From the NCBI RefSeq assembly GCF_000020025.1, contig NC_010628.1:8070001-8102000 (forward strand): DNA of 32,000 bases, in the 5' to 3' direction. The DNA comes from Nostoc punctiforme PCC 73102. GTDB taxonomy: Bacteria; Cyanobacteriota; Cyanobacteriia; Cyanobacteriales; Nostocaceae. The position numbers and the translations under genes are program-made. Shown here piece after piece: positions 8,513 through 16,877 of the stretch. How positions within the stretch are numbered: the first letter of the stretch is position 1; every line of letters begins with the position of its first letter. The notes beneath the pieces were generated by a model. That model saw only the letters and a program-made list of their open reading frames with translations. It was not told the origin of the DNA and did not search any database.

Positions 8513-8544
8513 GTAGGGGCGCACAGCTAACTGTACGCCCCTAC
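8513..8544. repeat. GC-rich hairpin repeat (GTAGGGGCG...CGCCCCTAC type)
   Basis: GTAGGGGCGCACAG-ctaa-CTGTACGCCCCTAC, a 14-bp stem with one mismatch. A partial third arm GCGCCCCTA lies at ~8612-8620. It resembles dispersed palindromic repeats of Nostoc-type genomes, and no U-tract is present. Confidence 0.4.
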
Positions 8545-8684
8545 TAAAGCACTATATTTTATGCAACTGAGAGCGCGTTACCCAAGTATTAGAATTCGGT
8601 GGTTAGACACCAGCGCCCCTATTATTACTATTTTATTGGCGAAAAGTTATTAGTACTTGCTGCCAATATGATATGGTAACGCAT

Positions 8685-9086
8685 TTAGCGTCCAACTTTG
8701 TTTGAGACATCTCTGGCTGCTTCTGCCGCACTGTCGCCTACATCACTAGCAGTTTCTTTAGCGCCCTTTACGTATCCACCTCCAAACTCTTTAAAGGCTT
8801 CTCCAGACTGTTGCCCAATCTTCTGAAGTCGTTCACCAGGAGAATCTTCGGTTTCACGAGCATCCTTAAACCACTGCCCTACTGTTTTCGGTCTTTCAGC
8901 ATCATTTTGCTCTACCTGTTCGCGGACTCTCTCCTTTAAGCCTTTATCATTCTGCCCCTGCTCATAATTAACATTCGTTGTCAGCACTAGAAAACCAACT
9001 ACGACAACAGCCAAAAAAGATTTTACCTGAAGTCCTTTAAGTAAGCAACTGATGTTAGCAATCGTCCTAGAAATCAAATTTATCAT
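8685..9086 (-). CDS. Hypothetical membrane-anchored/secreted 133-aa protein with a charged low-complexity C-terminal half
   Basis: An N-terminal hydrophobic segment (SFLAVVVVGFLVLTT) is followed by a Glu/Lys/Gly-rich region (..GEAFKEFGGGYVKGAKETASDVGDSAAEAARDVSNKVGR) reminiscent of CsbD/general-stress-like proteins. No SD was seen. Confidence 0.55.
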   Translation of the reverse strand: MINLISRTIANISCLLKGLQVKSFLAVVVVGFLVLTTNVNYEQGQNDKGLKERVREQVEQNDAERPKTVGQWFKDARETEDSPGERLQKIGQQSGEAFKEFGGGYVKGAKETASDVGDSAAEAARDVSNKVGR

Positions 9087-9330
9087 GCCAATTAGCTTTT
9101 TTTTGACTACAAATAAAGATTAACTATAGAAAGCTAATTATCCTTCTAGCAAAAGGCATAAATCAGTTAGAACGAAGAAAGACTTTTTAAACCTTGCGGA
9201 GGAGGTGGTTGGTTAGATAAATAGATATTTGTATTCATCTATGTGCAAGAGCAATGAGCAATACTGCCTTTAGCTAGAGAGTTTACATAATAAGCGAGAG
9301 AGCCACTGCTGAACCAATTAAATTGTTATT

Positions 9331-9528
9331 ACAAATAGGATAAAGGCCTAAATTTCAGTATTATCAAGAAAAATTGTAGGTTGGGTTAAGCAAAGCACAA
9401 CCCAACAGAACCCCAGAAATGTTGAGTTTAGCTTCTCAACCAAATCTACGCGTTTTAAGGTTTTTGGCGCTAACTAAACCGTGTTGTATGACAAATAGGA
9501 TAAAGGTATACACCTAATTGTTATCAAG
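9331..9528. repeat. Two 38-nt direct repeats (160-bp period) flanking a 73-nt double-hairpin palindromic element
   Basis: ACAAATAGGATAAAGG-N14-TTATCAAG occurs at 9331-9368 and again at 9491-9528 with identical spacing. Between them (9377-9449) lies GTAGGTTGGGTT..AACCCAAC..GTTGAG..CTCAAC..CAAATCTAC, with inverted termini GTAGGTTGG/CCAAATCTAC. This is a common Nostoc-type small hairpin repeat. Confidence 0.5.
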
Positions 9529-10243
9529 TTTTGTCAATCTAATTAGGAAAATCATGATGCTAAAAAACTCCCACAAATTCAAGCAATTATAGCTGACAAA
9601 AACTCAGTAAATTTGGTTGATATTGCCATTCTAAAATATGATTATTTTGGTACTTAATTTTATCTAAGCTTGCCTCCCAATTGCAATCAGTAGTAGAATA
9701 TTATTTGAACCAATTAAGCCAATATAGTCAAGGCTACTTTGGAAGATAATATGCCAATTATTTGGTTAAAAATCAACTAAATGCCTGAAATATCAGCCCG
9801 GAACTATGAAGACATTGCCAAACTAATCTATTTACTCTGCGATATTTAGCCACCCACGATATTTTTCATGTATTGCTTGATTTTGACACCACTGATGTGG
9901 GAAAAATTGGGTACTTGCTTTTGCTGCTACACAAAATTACAGCAAACCCTTCCAAATCAGTTTGTGGTTGGCTAGACTGCTCTATTCCATCCTGGCTCCC
10001 CAAACAAATCAAAGCAATCTTCCTCAACCTGGCGAAACAGCGTAAACTAGGTAAAAAAGCTGATTTTTTGTTGGGATACCGCTTTTAAGAGATTGAAAAG
10101 AAGCAATTAACCATGTGAGTAAACGGTTAGGCTCACCATAAATTTCCCTAATTCATCTGAAAAAAGTATTTAACTGTTTAATCAGAGCTTTTTTAGAAGT
10201 TTTACTCTTTGTTTATAAATCTTGCTTAAGATTCCTTCGCCTG

Positions 10244-10290
10244 CCAAATGTAGCACTAAATACATTTTTAATGCTACATTTGGTTTTTAA
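10244..10290 (+). terminator. Canonical-looking rho-independent terminator in non-coding DNA (orphan)
   Basis: CCAAATGTAGCA-(16 nt)-TGCTACATTTGG, a perfect 12-bp stem (10244-10255 / 10272-10283), followed by TTTTTAAT. No annotated + strand gene ends here. Confidence 0.55.
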
Positions 10291-10426
10291 TACAGATAGA
10301 GTTTAAAAAAAACATATATCTTTAGTTATAAAAATTATCTGTCCAAAGAGATAGATAGTTCCCAAAGACCTACTAAAAACAATCAATAGTTACAGGACTT
10401 TTAGGCTAGAGATATTGTCTGAATCA

Positions 10427-10495
10427 GTGGATTTATACCGTAATCCCTAGATATTTGAAGGGCTTGCAGAGGACAAAATAATCCACATTTTTTCC
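10427..10495 (+). promoter_or_regulatory. Leader hairpin plus T-tract ~40 nt upstream of the metalloprotease start (attenuator/terminator-like)
   Basis: GTGGATTTAT (10427-10436) pairs with ATAATCCAC (10478-10486) with one bulged T. An inner hairpin is CCCT-agatatttga-AGGG. The structure is followed by ATTTTTTCC. The AAGG at 10527-10530 directly abuts the ATG at 10532 (1-nt gap), so it is too close to be a typical SD. Confidence 0.3.
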
Positions 10496-10531
10496 TTAAT
10501 ACGAGAACTGCTTCAGCTGGAAAGCCAAAGG

Positions 10532-13249
10532 ATGAAATACTGGATCGGGAAATTAGCAATCTTTATAGTATTACTGTATAACTTGTTCATCTATAGTGAT
10601 TATGCAGGAGCAAATCAACTTTCAAATATTGATGTACAGCAAGCAAATGCGCTCCCAGCAGTTGAAAACTTAGCAAATACTGACAACGATATTGCTAAGA
10701 ATAGAAAGGAAAATTTTTGCCGATTTAATGAGGTTGTCAAAGGGATAAATAAAGTAGAAGGACTCTTCACACTTTATTGCACTGAGAATTCGGGAAAAAT
10801 TTACTTAGAAATTAAACCAGAACAGCTAAATAAAGACTACCTAGCTATAGCGACATTAGAATCGGGTGTTGGAGAAAGTGGAATTTATAGTGGATTACCT
10901 CTTTCTGATTTTATCTTTTACTTCCAACGAGTAAACAATAGATTGCACTTTGTGGTGCGGAATGTGAAATTTCGTGCAGAAAGTAGACCAGAACAGCGAT
11001 CGCTTGCTCGTTCATTTAGCGACTCAGTTCTTTATTCACTCGAAATCGCCAATATCGATCCACAGAATGAAAATATTCTGATCGACCTGAATGAACTGCT
11101 AATGCAGGATTTACCTGGATTAACTACCATTTTGAAATACTCTTTGCAGGCTGATTACCGCTTGGACGCACACAAGTCATATTTTGGGAATGTTAACAGC
11201 TTTCCAGAAAATATAGAAATTGATTCTATTTATGGTTTTTCATCATTAGAAGGAGCAAATTTAGTTACCGTACCTGATAGTAGGGCACTTACTCTCAAGG
11301 TACACTACAGTTTTTCTCAACTTAGAGAAAACAATGATTATATTCCCAGACTTGCTGATGACAGAGTGGGATATTTTATTACTGCTTTTCAAGATTTATC
11401 TAATAAGAATCCTCATGAATCATTTGTACGTTACATCAATCGTTGGCATTTAGAGCCATCGAATCCGAATGTCCCCTTGTCTCCACCCAAAAAGCCAATT
11501 GTGTATTGGATTGAAAATGCTGTGCCACTAGAGTACCGCGATGCGATTCGTGAAGGCGTTTTAATGTGGAACAAAGCATTTGAAAAAGCTGGATTTCAAA
11601 ATGCTATTGAAGTGCAGCAAATGCCAGATGATGCTGATTGGCAACCGGCAGATGTACATTACAACACTATTCGCTGGTTCAACTCTTTGGATGCAGGTTT
11701 TGCTAGAGGCCCAATGCGCGTCAACCCATTCACTGGGGAAATATTGGATGCAGACATTATGGTAGATGCCAATATGGTGCTATCAATTCAGCAAGAATAT
11801 CACGCATTGATGGAAGTAAATCCATCTTTAGTGGGCAAAAACCCATGTCAAGCTCTTTGGGGAAGCCAAAAACTAGGAGCTAATAATTCTCTTCTACCGG
11901 ACTCTGAGTTCTGCTATGGTATGGAGTCTTCAAATCAAGCCGCGATGGGAGCGCTGGCGTTGTCAATTTTGCCAAATACTACAGCCAGTAGTGAAACGAT
12001 GAAGGAATATGTGTATCAATATTTGCGTTCTCTCATAGCTCACGAAATTGGGCATACTCTCGGTTTGCGCCATAACTTTCATGGCAGCACGATGTTAGCG
12101 CCTGAAGAATTAAATAATACTGAAATCACTCACACCAAAGGCTTAGTAAGTTCGGTGATGGACTATCTACCAGTGAATATAGCACCACAAGGAGTACAGC
12201 AAGGTGACTATTTCCCAGGAGTTGTTGGGCCTTATGACGAATGGGCAATTGAGTATGGTTATAAAACAAGTCCATCAGCAGTGCTTGAGGGGATAATTCC
12301 AGAATCCGAAAAAAGTTTTTTAGAGCAGATTGCACTAGCGTCGCCTCAACCAGAATTATCTTATGCAACTGATGAGGATATCTGGGACATTAATCCTTTG
12401 GCGAATGTCTGGGATATGAGTAGTGATGTGCTACTTTATTCGCAGTGGCAAATGGATAATGCCCGCGTTATGTGGCAGCGCCTTGATAAGGGTTATCTAT
12501 CAAAAGGAGAAAGCTATAATAACCTGCGCGTCTCATTCAATAGAGTGCTTAAATATTATTTTCGGAACGCCACCTTGCTTTCTAAATATATTGGTGGACA
12601 ATCGTTTCTGCATCTCCATACTAGTGATAATCCTTCTTGGACATTTGTACCTGTTTCACTTTTAAAACAACGTCAAGCATTGATAAAGCTGCAAGAGTAT
12701 GTATTTGCTGAGAATGCTTTCAGTTTTTCACCACAATTGCTCAATAAACTAGCACCATCACGCTGGGAACACTGGGGTCGTTCTGTACCTAACAACCGCC
12801 TTGATTATCCAATTCACGATCGCATTCTGGGTTTCCAAAGTGCGGTGCTGCGATCGCTATTAGACAGCGATCGCCTCAATCGTTTACAAGATATAGAATT
12901 AAAGACTCTCCCTGGGGAAGCACTTTCTATCCCGGAACTGTTCCATACCCTGCAAACAGGCATCTGGGCAGAAGTTTTAACCCCAGGAGAACCAAAGCCA
13001 ATTTCTAGCATCCGTCGTTCATTGCAACGGGAATATCTGAATATTTTGCTAGAAATGATGTTGGGTACTACCGATACACTTGAAGATGGTCGGACGTTGG
13101 CTTGGTATGAATTGCGCCAACTGCAAAAAGCCATTGATGTCAGACTCAAACAACTAAGTGAAAGCATTGATATTTACACCTTAGCCCACTTAGAAGCTTC
13201 TGGCGATCGCATCACCAAAGCATTAAATGCACATTTACTCTCTAAGTAG
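10532..13249 (+). CDS. Secreted zinc-dependent metalloprotease (zincin HEXXH; DUF5117/DUF4953-type large peptidase), 905 aa
   Basis: It has an N-terminal signal-like segment MKYWIGKLAIFIVLLYNLFIYSDYAGA. The zincin motif AHEIGHTLGLRHNFHGS places HEIGH at nt 12041-12055. The downstream SSVMDY motif and overall length/architecture match the 'zinc-dependent metalloprotease' family, which has a long beta-rich N-terminal region. Confidence 0.9.
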   Translation: MKYWIGKLAIFIVLLYNLFIYSDYAGANQLSNIDVQQANALPAVENLANTDNDIAKNRKENFCRFNEVVKGINKVEGLFTLYCTENSGKIYLEIKPEQLNKDYLAIATLESGVGESGIYSGLPLSDFIFYFQRVNNRLHFVVRNVKFRAESRPEQRSLARSFSDSVLYSLEIANIDPQNENILIDLNELLMQDLPGLTTILKYSLQADYRLDAHKSYFGNVNSFPENIEIDSIYGFSSLEGANLVTVPDSRALTLKVHYSFSQLRENNDYIPRLADDRVGYFITAFQDLSNKNPHESFVRYINRWHLEPSNPNVPLSPPKKPIVYWIENAVPLEYRDAIREGVLMWNKAFEKAGFQNAIEVQQMPDDADWQPADVHYNTIRWFNSLDAGFARGPMRVNPFTGEILDADIMVDANMVLSIQQEYHALMEVNPSLVGKNPCQALWGSQKLGANNSLLPDSEFCYGMESSNQAAMGALALSILPNTTASSETMKEYVYQYLRSLIAHEIGHTLGLRHNFHGSTMLAPEELNNTEITHTKGLVSSVMDYLPVNIAPQGVQQGDYFPGVVGPYDEWAIEYGYKTSPSAVLEGIIPESEKSFLEQIALASPQPELSYATDEDIWDINPLANVWDMSSDVLLYSQWQMDNARVMWQRLDKGYLSKGESYNNLRVSFNRVLKYYFRNATLLSKYIGGQSFLHLHTSDNPSWTFVPVSLLKQRQALIKLQEYVFAENAFSFSPQLLNKLAPSRWEHWGRSVPNNRLDYPIHDRILGFQSAVLRSLLDSDRLNRLQDIELKTLPGEALSIPELFHTLQTGIWAEVLTPGEPKPISSIRRSLQREYLNILLEMMLGTTDTLEDGRTLAWYELRQLQKAIDVRLKQLSESIDIYTLAHLEASGDRITKALNAHLLSK

Positions 13250-14987
13250 GGCTTGCTGAAAAAGTCATAAAAAAGCAATTCTTTTGGGTTGACTAGTTAT
13301 TTAAGCAAGGTCAAAGATAAGTTTTTGTTGCCTATAGCTAGCAAAATCATAATGCTTGGTTATGTCAATCGCTAAAAAATGTCTATTTTTCCAAAATGGA
13401 CATAAAAAGGCACAAAAAAACCGTGACAGGTGAGTAGAAAGATTCATGACTAAAAAAGTAATAGCAATCACAGTTAGAGTTGTATGAGGAAGTTTCGCCA
13501 TTACTCTACTCAAGCTAAATCTTCTTTTAGCTTGTCCAAATTTGCCTTCAATACAATTACGAATCCTCTCATCTTGTAAAGCTTGCTTCTTTTTTTCTTT
13601 ACTCACATTTTTTGGCGGTCTTCCTAAAGGAACTCCACTGATTCTAATACCTCTTTCTTTGCACCAAGATCGGTTTTCTCGCTTTGCGATAAATTTTATC
13701 AACATGAACAGATTCTGGATAATATCCAGTGGTAGTTTTTAAAGGATTCTATTTGTGTTTTTAAGTCTCCTGATTCATTAAAGTTATCCCATCTAATATG
13801 GTCTAAAAATGCATATCCATCAAAGTAACTAGCAGATAGTTTAGCGCCAAATTCCACGGCTTTACCCGCTTTTCCTCGGACAATTGGACGGATATGTGGT
13901 TGGCTTAAACTTACAATACGGTCATCAATGCTCTGCTTTTTATTTTCATACAGCCATAGTTGTTGACGATATACTTCTGCGACTACCAGCAACATCTTAT
14001 ATTGTCTATTAGTTAAACTTTTTAGAGATGCTCCTGCTACAATTAGCTGGTCAATATAGGATAAGTTTCTTTTAATATATTGGAGTTGTTTTTTAATCGC
14101 TTTTCTCCTCTCTTTTTGAGATACACGACGTTTTTTAGCTACTTCTAAGTAGTCTTTCCTAGCTATTTCTCGGTAAGTCCTTGGTTTTTTCTCTAATATT
14201 CCCTTTATCTGTTCATAAAGCAAGTCAATTATTCTTTCTGTCTGTTTTCTCGCTTGATTTAATAGGTTTAAATCTGTTGGATAGCTGATATCACTAGGCA
14301 CACAAGTCGCATCTAATATTAATTTCCCTCGATTTCTTAGCGTATTACCTTGTTCTGCTGCTTTTTCTGTCGATAGCGCAGCGTTAGCGAGTTCGCGAGC
14401 GTCTTCTGTTTTTTTTCGGTGTCAATAGAAGATGCTAACTCTAGCATCTTCTTAACCATTTCTTGATTCACATTATTGACTAGTTCTGCACTGATTCTTT
14501 CTCGAAAATGTACTAACATGGATGCGTCAAATGGAGTTTTGTTACTATAAGATGACATCCCTATAAAGTACTGTAAATAAGGATTCTCCTTGATTTGCTC
14601 TACTGTTTCCCTGTCGCTTATACCTAGTTTCTCTTTAATTATTAATGCACCTAACGCCATCCGAAATGACTTTGCTGGTGCCCCTATCTCTGCGGAGAAT
14701 CCGGCAGAATATTCCGACTCAAATTCTGTCCAGGGTATTAAATCGGCCATAATTACCCAACGATTATCTGATGATAACTTTCCCTCAAATGGAAGCTCAA
14801 AACTTTCTGCTGGAATTGGAGTTGATTCTTCTTTTCAGTACATAGTTAATAATGATACACTATGCTGCGACGAACCACTGTGATGCAAGGATTTTGGGCT
14901 ATTTTACCTTCTTGTCTTGCACCTGAATATACTTCTTTGGTCTGAGAATCTAGAGACTGCAACCTTTTCTTTTTTTTCAGCAAGCCC
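13249..14987 (-). mobile_element. IS5-family insertion sequence (1739 bp), decayed
   Basis: The terminal inverted repeats GGGCTTGCTGAAAAA (13249-13263) and TTTTTCAGCAAGCCC (14973-14987) are a perfect 15 bp. They are flanked by the direct repeat TAAGTA (13243-13248 and 14988-14993), which is the target-site duplication (boundary ambiguous by 1 nt). The interior encodes a DUF772 + DDE transposase in pieces. Confidence 0.85.
13301..14843 (-). pseudogene. IS5-family (DUF772 N-terminal + DDE) transposase, inactivated by a premature stop and several frameshifts
   Basis: Three track ORFs (14337-14750, 13699-14301, 13301-13705) together read as one transposase: ..PFEGKLSSDNRWVIMADLIPWTEFE..ENPYLQYFIG.. 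/ ..GKLILDATCVPSDISYPTDLNLLN.. / ..RENRSWCKERGIRISGVPLGRPPK..IEGKFGQAKRRFSL. The original ATG at 14843 is followed by TAC TGA (an in-frame stop at codon 3, nt 14835-14837). The frame changes by -1 at an A8 run (14409-14416). Two further frame changes near 13690-13740 isolate the segment TGYYPESVHVDKIYRK. Confidence 0.8.
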
Positions 14988-14994
14988 TAAGTAG

Positions 14995-15058
14995 TCATTT
15001 GTTATTTGTCATTTGTCTCCCTCATCCCCCTCGTCTTCCCCAGTCCCCACTCCCCAGT
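14995..15058. repeat. STRR-type heptamer tandem repeats (core CCCCAGT CCCCACT CCCCAGT)
   Basis: Three tandem heptamers lie at 15038-15058, matching the STRR1 consensus CCCCAGT known from Anabaena/Nostoc/Calothrix. They are preceded by a 7-nt-periodic tract TCATTTG TTATTTG TCATTTG TCTCCCT CATCCCC CTCGTCT (14995-15036). The last heptamer abuts and overlaps the stop codon of the hydrolase gene. Confidence 0.7.
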
Positions 15059-15945
15059 TACCGAAGATATCGTTGCAATAAACCAATGACAACTTCTGGT
15101 ATTTCTAAATGAGGTAATATTCCTGCATCTGCGATCGCATAAAAATCTTGAATTGCCCTTTGATTTAAATTTGCCAAGCGTTGTCCTAGTTTGATATTGG
15201 TAAATTGTGCCTTCTCTCCCCAAAACATCACAGTGGGAATTGTCAGTTGCTGAATATATAAACTCAGATCAAAGTAAAGATCGCCCCGTAAAAATGCCAA
15301 GGCGGAAAATTTGGCATTAGGTTGTTGTGCAGAGGTTAAATAAGCATCCACTATTTCTTGAGATACTCGTTCTGACTTGGCAAACAGAAAACTTTGTAAA
15401 AAATTTCGGACTGCAATTTCATTTTCAGCACCAAGCATATAAATAAAATTGTCCAACAGAGGCGTATTGATTACCGAAAGCGGAAGTCTGCGTCCAGCAC
15501 CCTGCCCAAAATCATCAAACCCAGATGGGGACACCAAAAACAGTGCTTTGAATAAATTGGGTTGAACAATAGCTAGACGGATAGCAAAAGCGGCTGTTAG
15601 AGAAGAGGCTACCACCGTCACCGGCTGACGACAAGTTTCAATGATAAACTCTGCGATCGTGCTGAGATAATCCCTAATTTTATAATCCCGGACTGGATGA
15701 GCCGATTCTCCCCAGCCGATTAGATCGGGAGCTAAAATGTGGTAATTAGAGGCAAAAGCCGGGTAAACTTTAGACCATTCATACGCAGATGCCCCACCAC
15801 CAAAGTTATGGAGAAACAGTAGTGGAGGTAAATCTTCAGTGTCAGCGAACGCCCAAGGTGTATTCGTTTGGGTATAGTAAACCATTGCCCCCAAGGATGT
15901 ATGGATAAGTTTATGTCCAAAGCCAGGAGGTTGAAACTGAAGCAT
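15058..15945 (-). CDS. Alpha/beta-fold hydrolase, 295 aa
   Basis: PLLFLHNFGGGASAYEWSKVYPAFASNYHILAPDLIGWGES is the oxyanion HxFGG region plus a typical alpha/beta-hydrolase_1 core. The nucleophile-elbow position reads VVASSLTAA (non-canonical A-S-S-L-T instead of G-x-S-x-G). The C-terminal His region is AGILPHLE. Confidence 0.88.
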   Translation of the reverse strand: MLQFQPPGFGHKLIHTSLGAMVYYTQTNTPWAFADTEDLPPLLFLHNFGGGASAYEWSKVYPAFASNYHILAPDLIGWGESAHPVRDYKIRDYLSTIAEFIIETCRQPVTVVASSLTAAFAIRLAIVQPNLFKALFLVSPSGFDDFGQGAGRRLPLSVINTPLLDNFIYMLGAENEIAVRNFLQSFLFAKSERVSQEIVDAYLTSAQQPNAKFSALAFLRGDLYFDLSLYIQQLTIPTVMFWGEKAQFTNIKLGQRLANLNQRAIQDFYAIADAGILPHLEIPEVVIGLLQRYLR

Positions 15946-16104
15946 AAAATTAAAAAGTATAGTTTAATGGCACTTTACCCGAAGGCAAAATTAAGAGGTA
16001 TAAATTCAAGCTTACCGATAAATATCAGAGTAAGTAAAATTTTTGTGTCCTAAGCTATTTCATATTTAATTTGTATACAGTCAAACTAATTCATAATTCA
16101 TTTT

Positions 16105-16608
16105 TTACTTTTGATTACTATCTCCTGCGATCTGAACAAGTTGATGGAGGTTCTCGCCACTGATATGATAAGCTGCCCCAAAACCAACTACAAAACGCCC
16201 TTCACTAGGAGTTAGCTGAAAAATCCGAAAGTCAGACAAGCCGCGCAAAACCTCGACAATTTCACCAAATCGCCCTTGAAATTGCTCAACAATTTGATTC
16301 CACTTGTCAGTTTCACGCTCTATCAAAGTTGCCGTACAATCAAAACTCAAACGACGACGGGCAAAAATTAGATTACTCTTAGCTTCATCTTCGATAAATA
16401 AGACACTTACATGAGGATTGGTATAGATATTTTTGGTATGAGTTGAAAGACCACTGACATAAATATAGATATTTTTGGAATTATCCATTACAAAGGGAGC
16501 ATAACTAGCATTTGGTATTGCTTGGGCGTTCACGGTGCTAATGATTACACTCTCAAATTCTTCAGTAAACTTTTCATACTCAGCTTGAATGTTTTCAAAT
16601 TGACTCAT
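16105..16608 (-). CDS. Pyridoxamine 5'-phosphate oxidase-like FMN-binding split-barrel protein (HugZ/HutZ-like), 167 aa
   Basis: The pattern ..VISTVNAQAIPNASYAPFVMDNSKNIYIYVSGLSTHTKNIYTNPHVSVLFIEDE.....ARRRLSFDCTA.. is typical of the PNPOx-like/HugZ family. It is a clean ORF with an ATG start. Confidence 0.8.
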   Translation of the reverse strand: MSQFENIQAEYEKFTEEFESVIISTVNAQAIPNASYAPFVMDNSKNIYIYVSGLSTHTKNIYTNPHVSVLFIEDEAKSNLIFARRRLSFDCTATLIERETDKWNQIVEQFQGRFGEIVEVLRGLSDFRIFQLTPSEGRFVVGFGAAYHISGENLHQLVQIAGDSNQK

Positions 16609-16719
16609 AAGTAAATTGCCGTTTAATTAGTAACAAATAGTTATTGTAACGTGATTGAGCGATGTCTACGATGGGCTAGGGATCTGCGGGTTAATAGTAT
16701 CAGTATCCCAACCAGACGG

Positions 16720-16795
16720 GTTTCGACACTTCGACTGCGCTCAGTGCATCGCTGCGCTCAACCCTCAGCCATCGAGAGCTGAGCGCAGTCGAAAC
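16720..16795. repeat. Dispersed-repeat-like hairpin (15-bp perfect inverted repeat)
   Basis: TTCGACTGCGCTCAG (16730-16744) and CTGAGCGCAGTCGAA (16779-16793) form the inverted repeat. GTTTCGAC is duplicated at the left (16720-16727). The upstream GATGTCTACGATGGGCTA-type sequence also resembles common Nostoc intergenic repeats. The track ORF 16655-16873 is just read-through of this repeat. Confidence 0.5.
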
Positions 16796-16877
16796 TCGGT
16801 TTACTGGTACTTTTTTCACACAAGTCCCCTACTGTGTGGAGTTCGAGTGAATCCCCATTCGTTAGATATTTAATAAG

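Noticed and set aside
8303-8530. 75-aa TTG-initiated ORF in the spacer upstream of the HTH-ATPase gene.
   Set aside because: The spacer is AT-rich, the start is non-ATG with no SD, and the ORF ends inside a hairpin repeat. The composition is implausible.
10460-10470. GGGCTTGCAGA resembles the IS terminal repeat GGGCTTGCTGA and could be a solo IR.
   Set aside because: Only 9 contiguous matching bases are present, and no adjacent IS-derived sequence or duplication is seen. This is within chance expectation.
11580-13167. ORFs 11580-11765, 12126-12368, 12423-12665 and 12814-13167 inside the metalloprotease gene.
   Set aside because: They are alternative-frame or antisense ORFs nested in a 905-aa gene with strong zincin motifs.
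13542-14883. + strand ORFs 13542-13742 and 14590-14883 inside the IS.
   Set aside because: They lie antisense to recognisable transposase segments.
15002-15920. ORFs 15002-15223 (-), 15732-15920 (-) and 15868-16053 (+).
   Set aside because: They are alternative frames overlapping the alpha/beta hydrolase or running through the STRR repeat. None has supporting motifs.
16838-16856. GGAGTTCGAGTGAATCCCC resembles a tRNA T-arm (GGTTCGAATCC).
   Set aside because: The T-loop carries an insertion. No acceptor stem, D-arm or anticodon arm can be folded from the flanking sequence.
16655-16873. 72-aa ORF in the PNPOx/AKR spacer.
   Set aside because: It is made up of dispersed-repeat/hairpin sequence (the inverted repeat at 16730-16793). 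This is a typical repeat-encoded pseudo-ORF.
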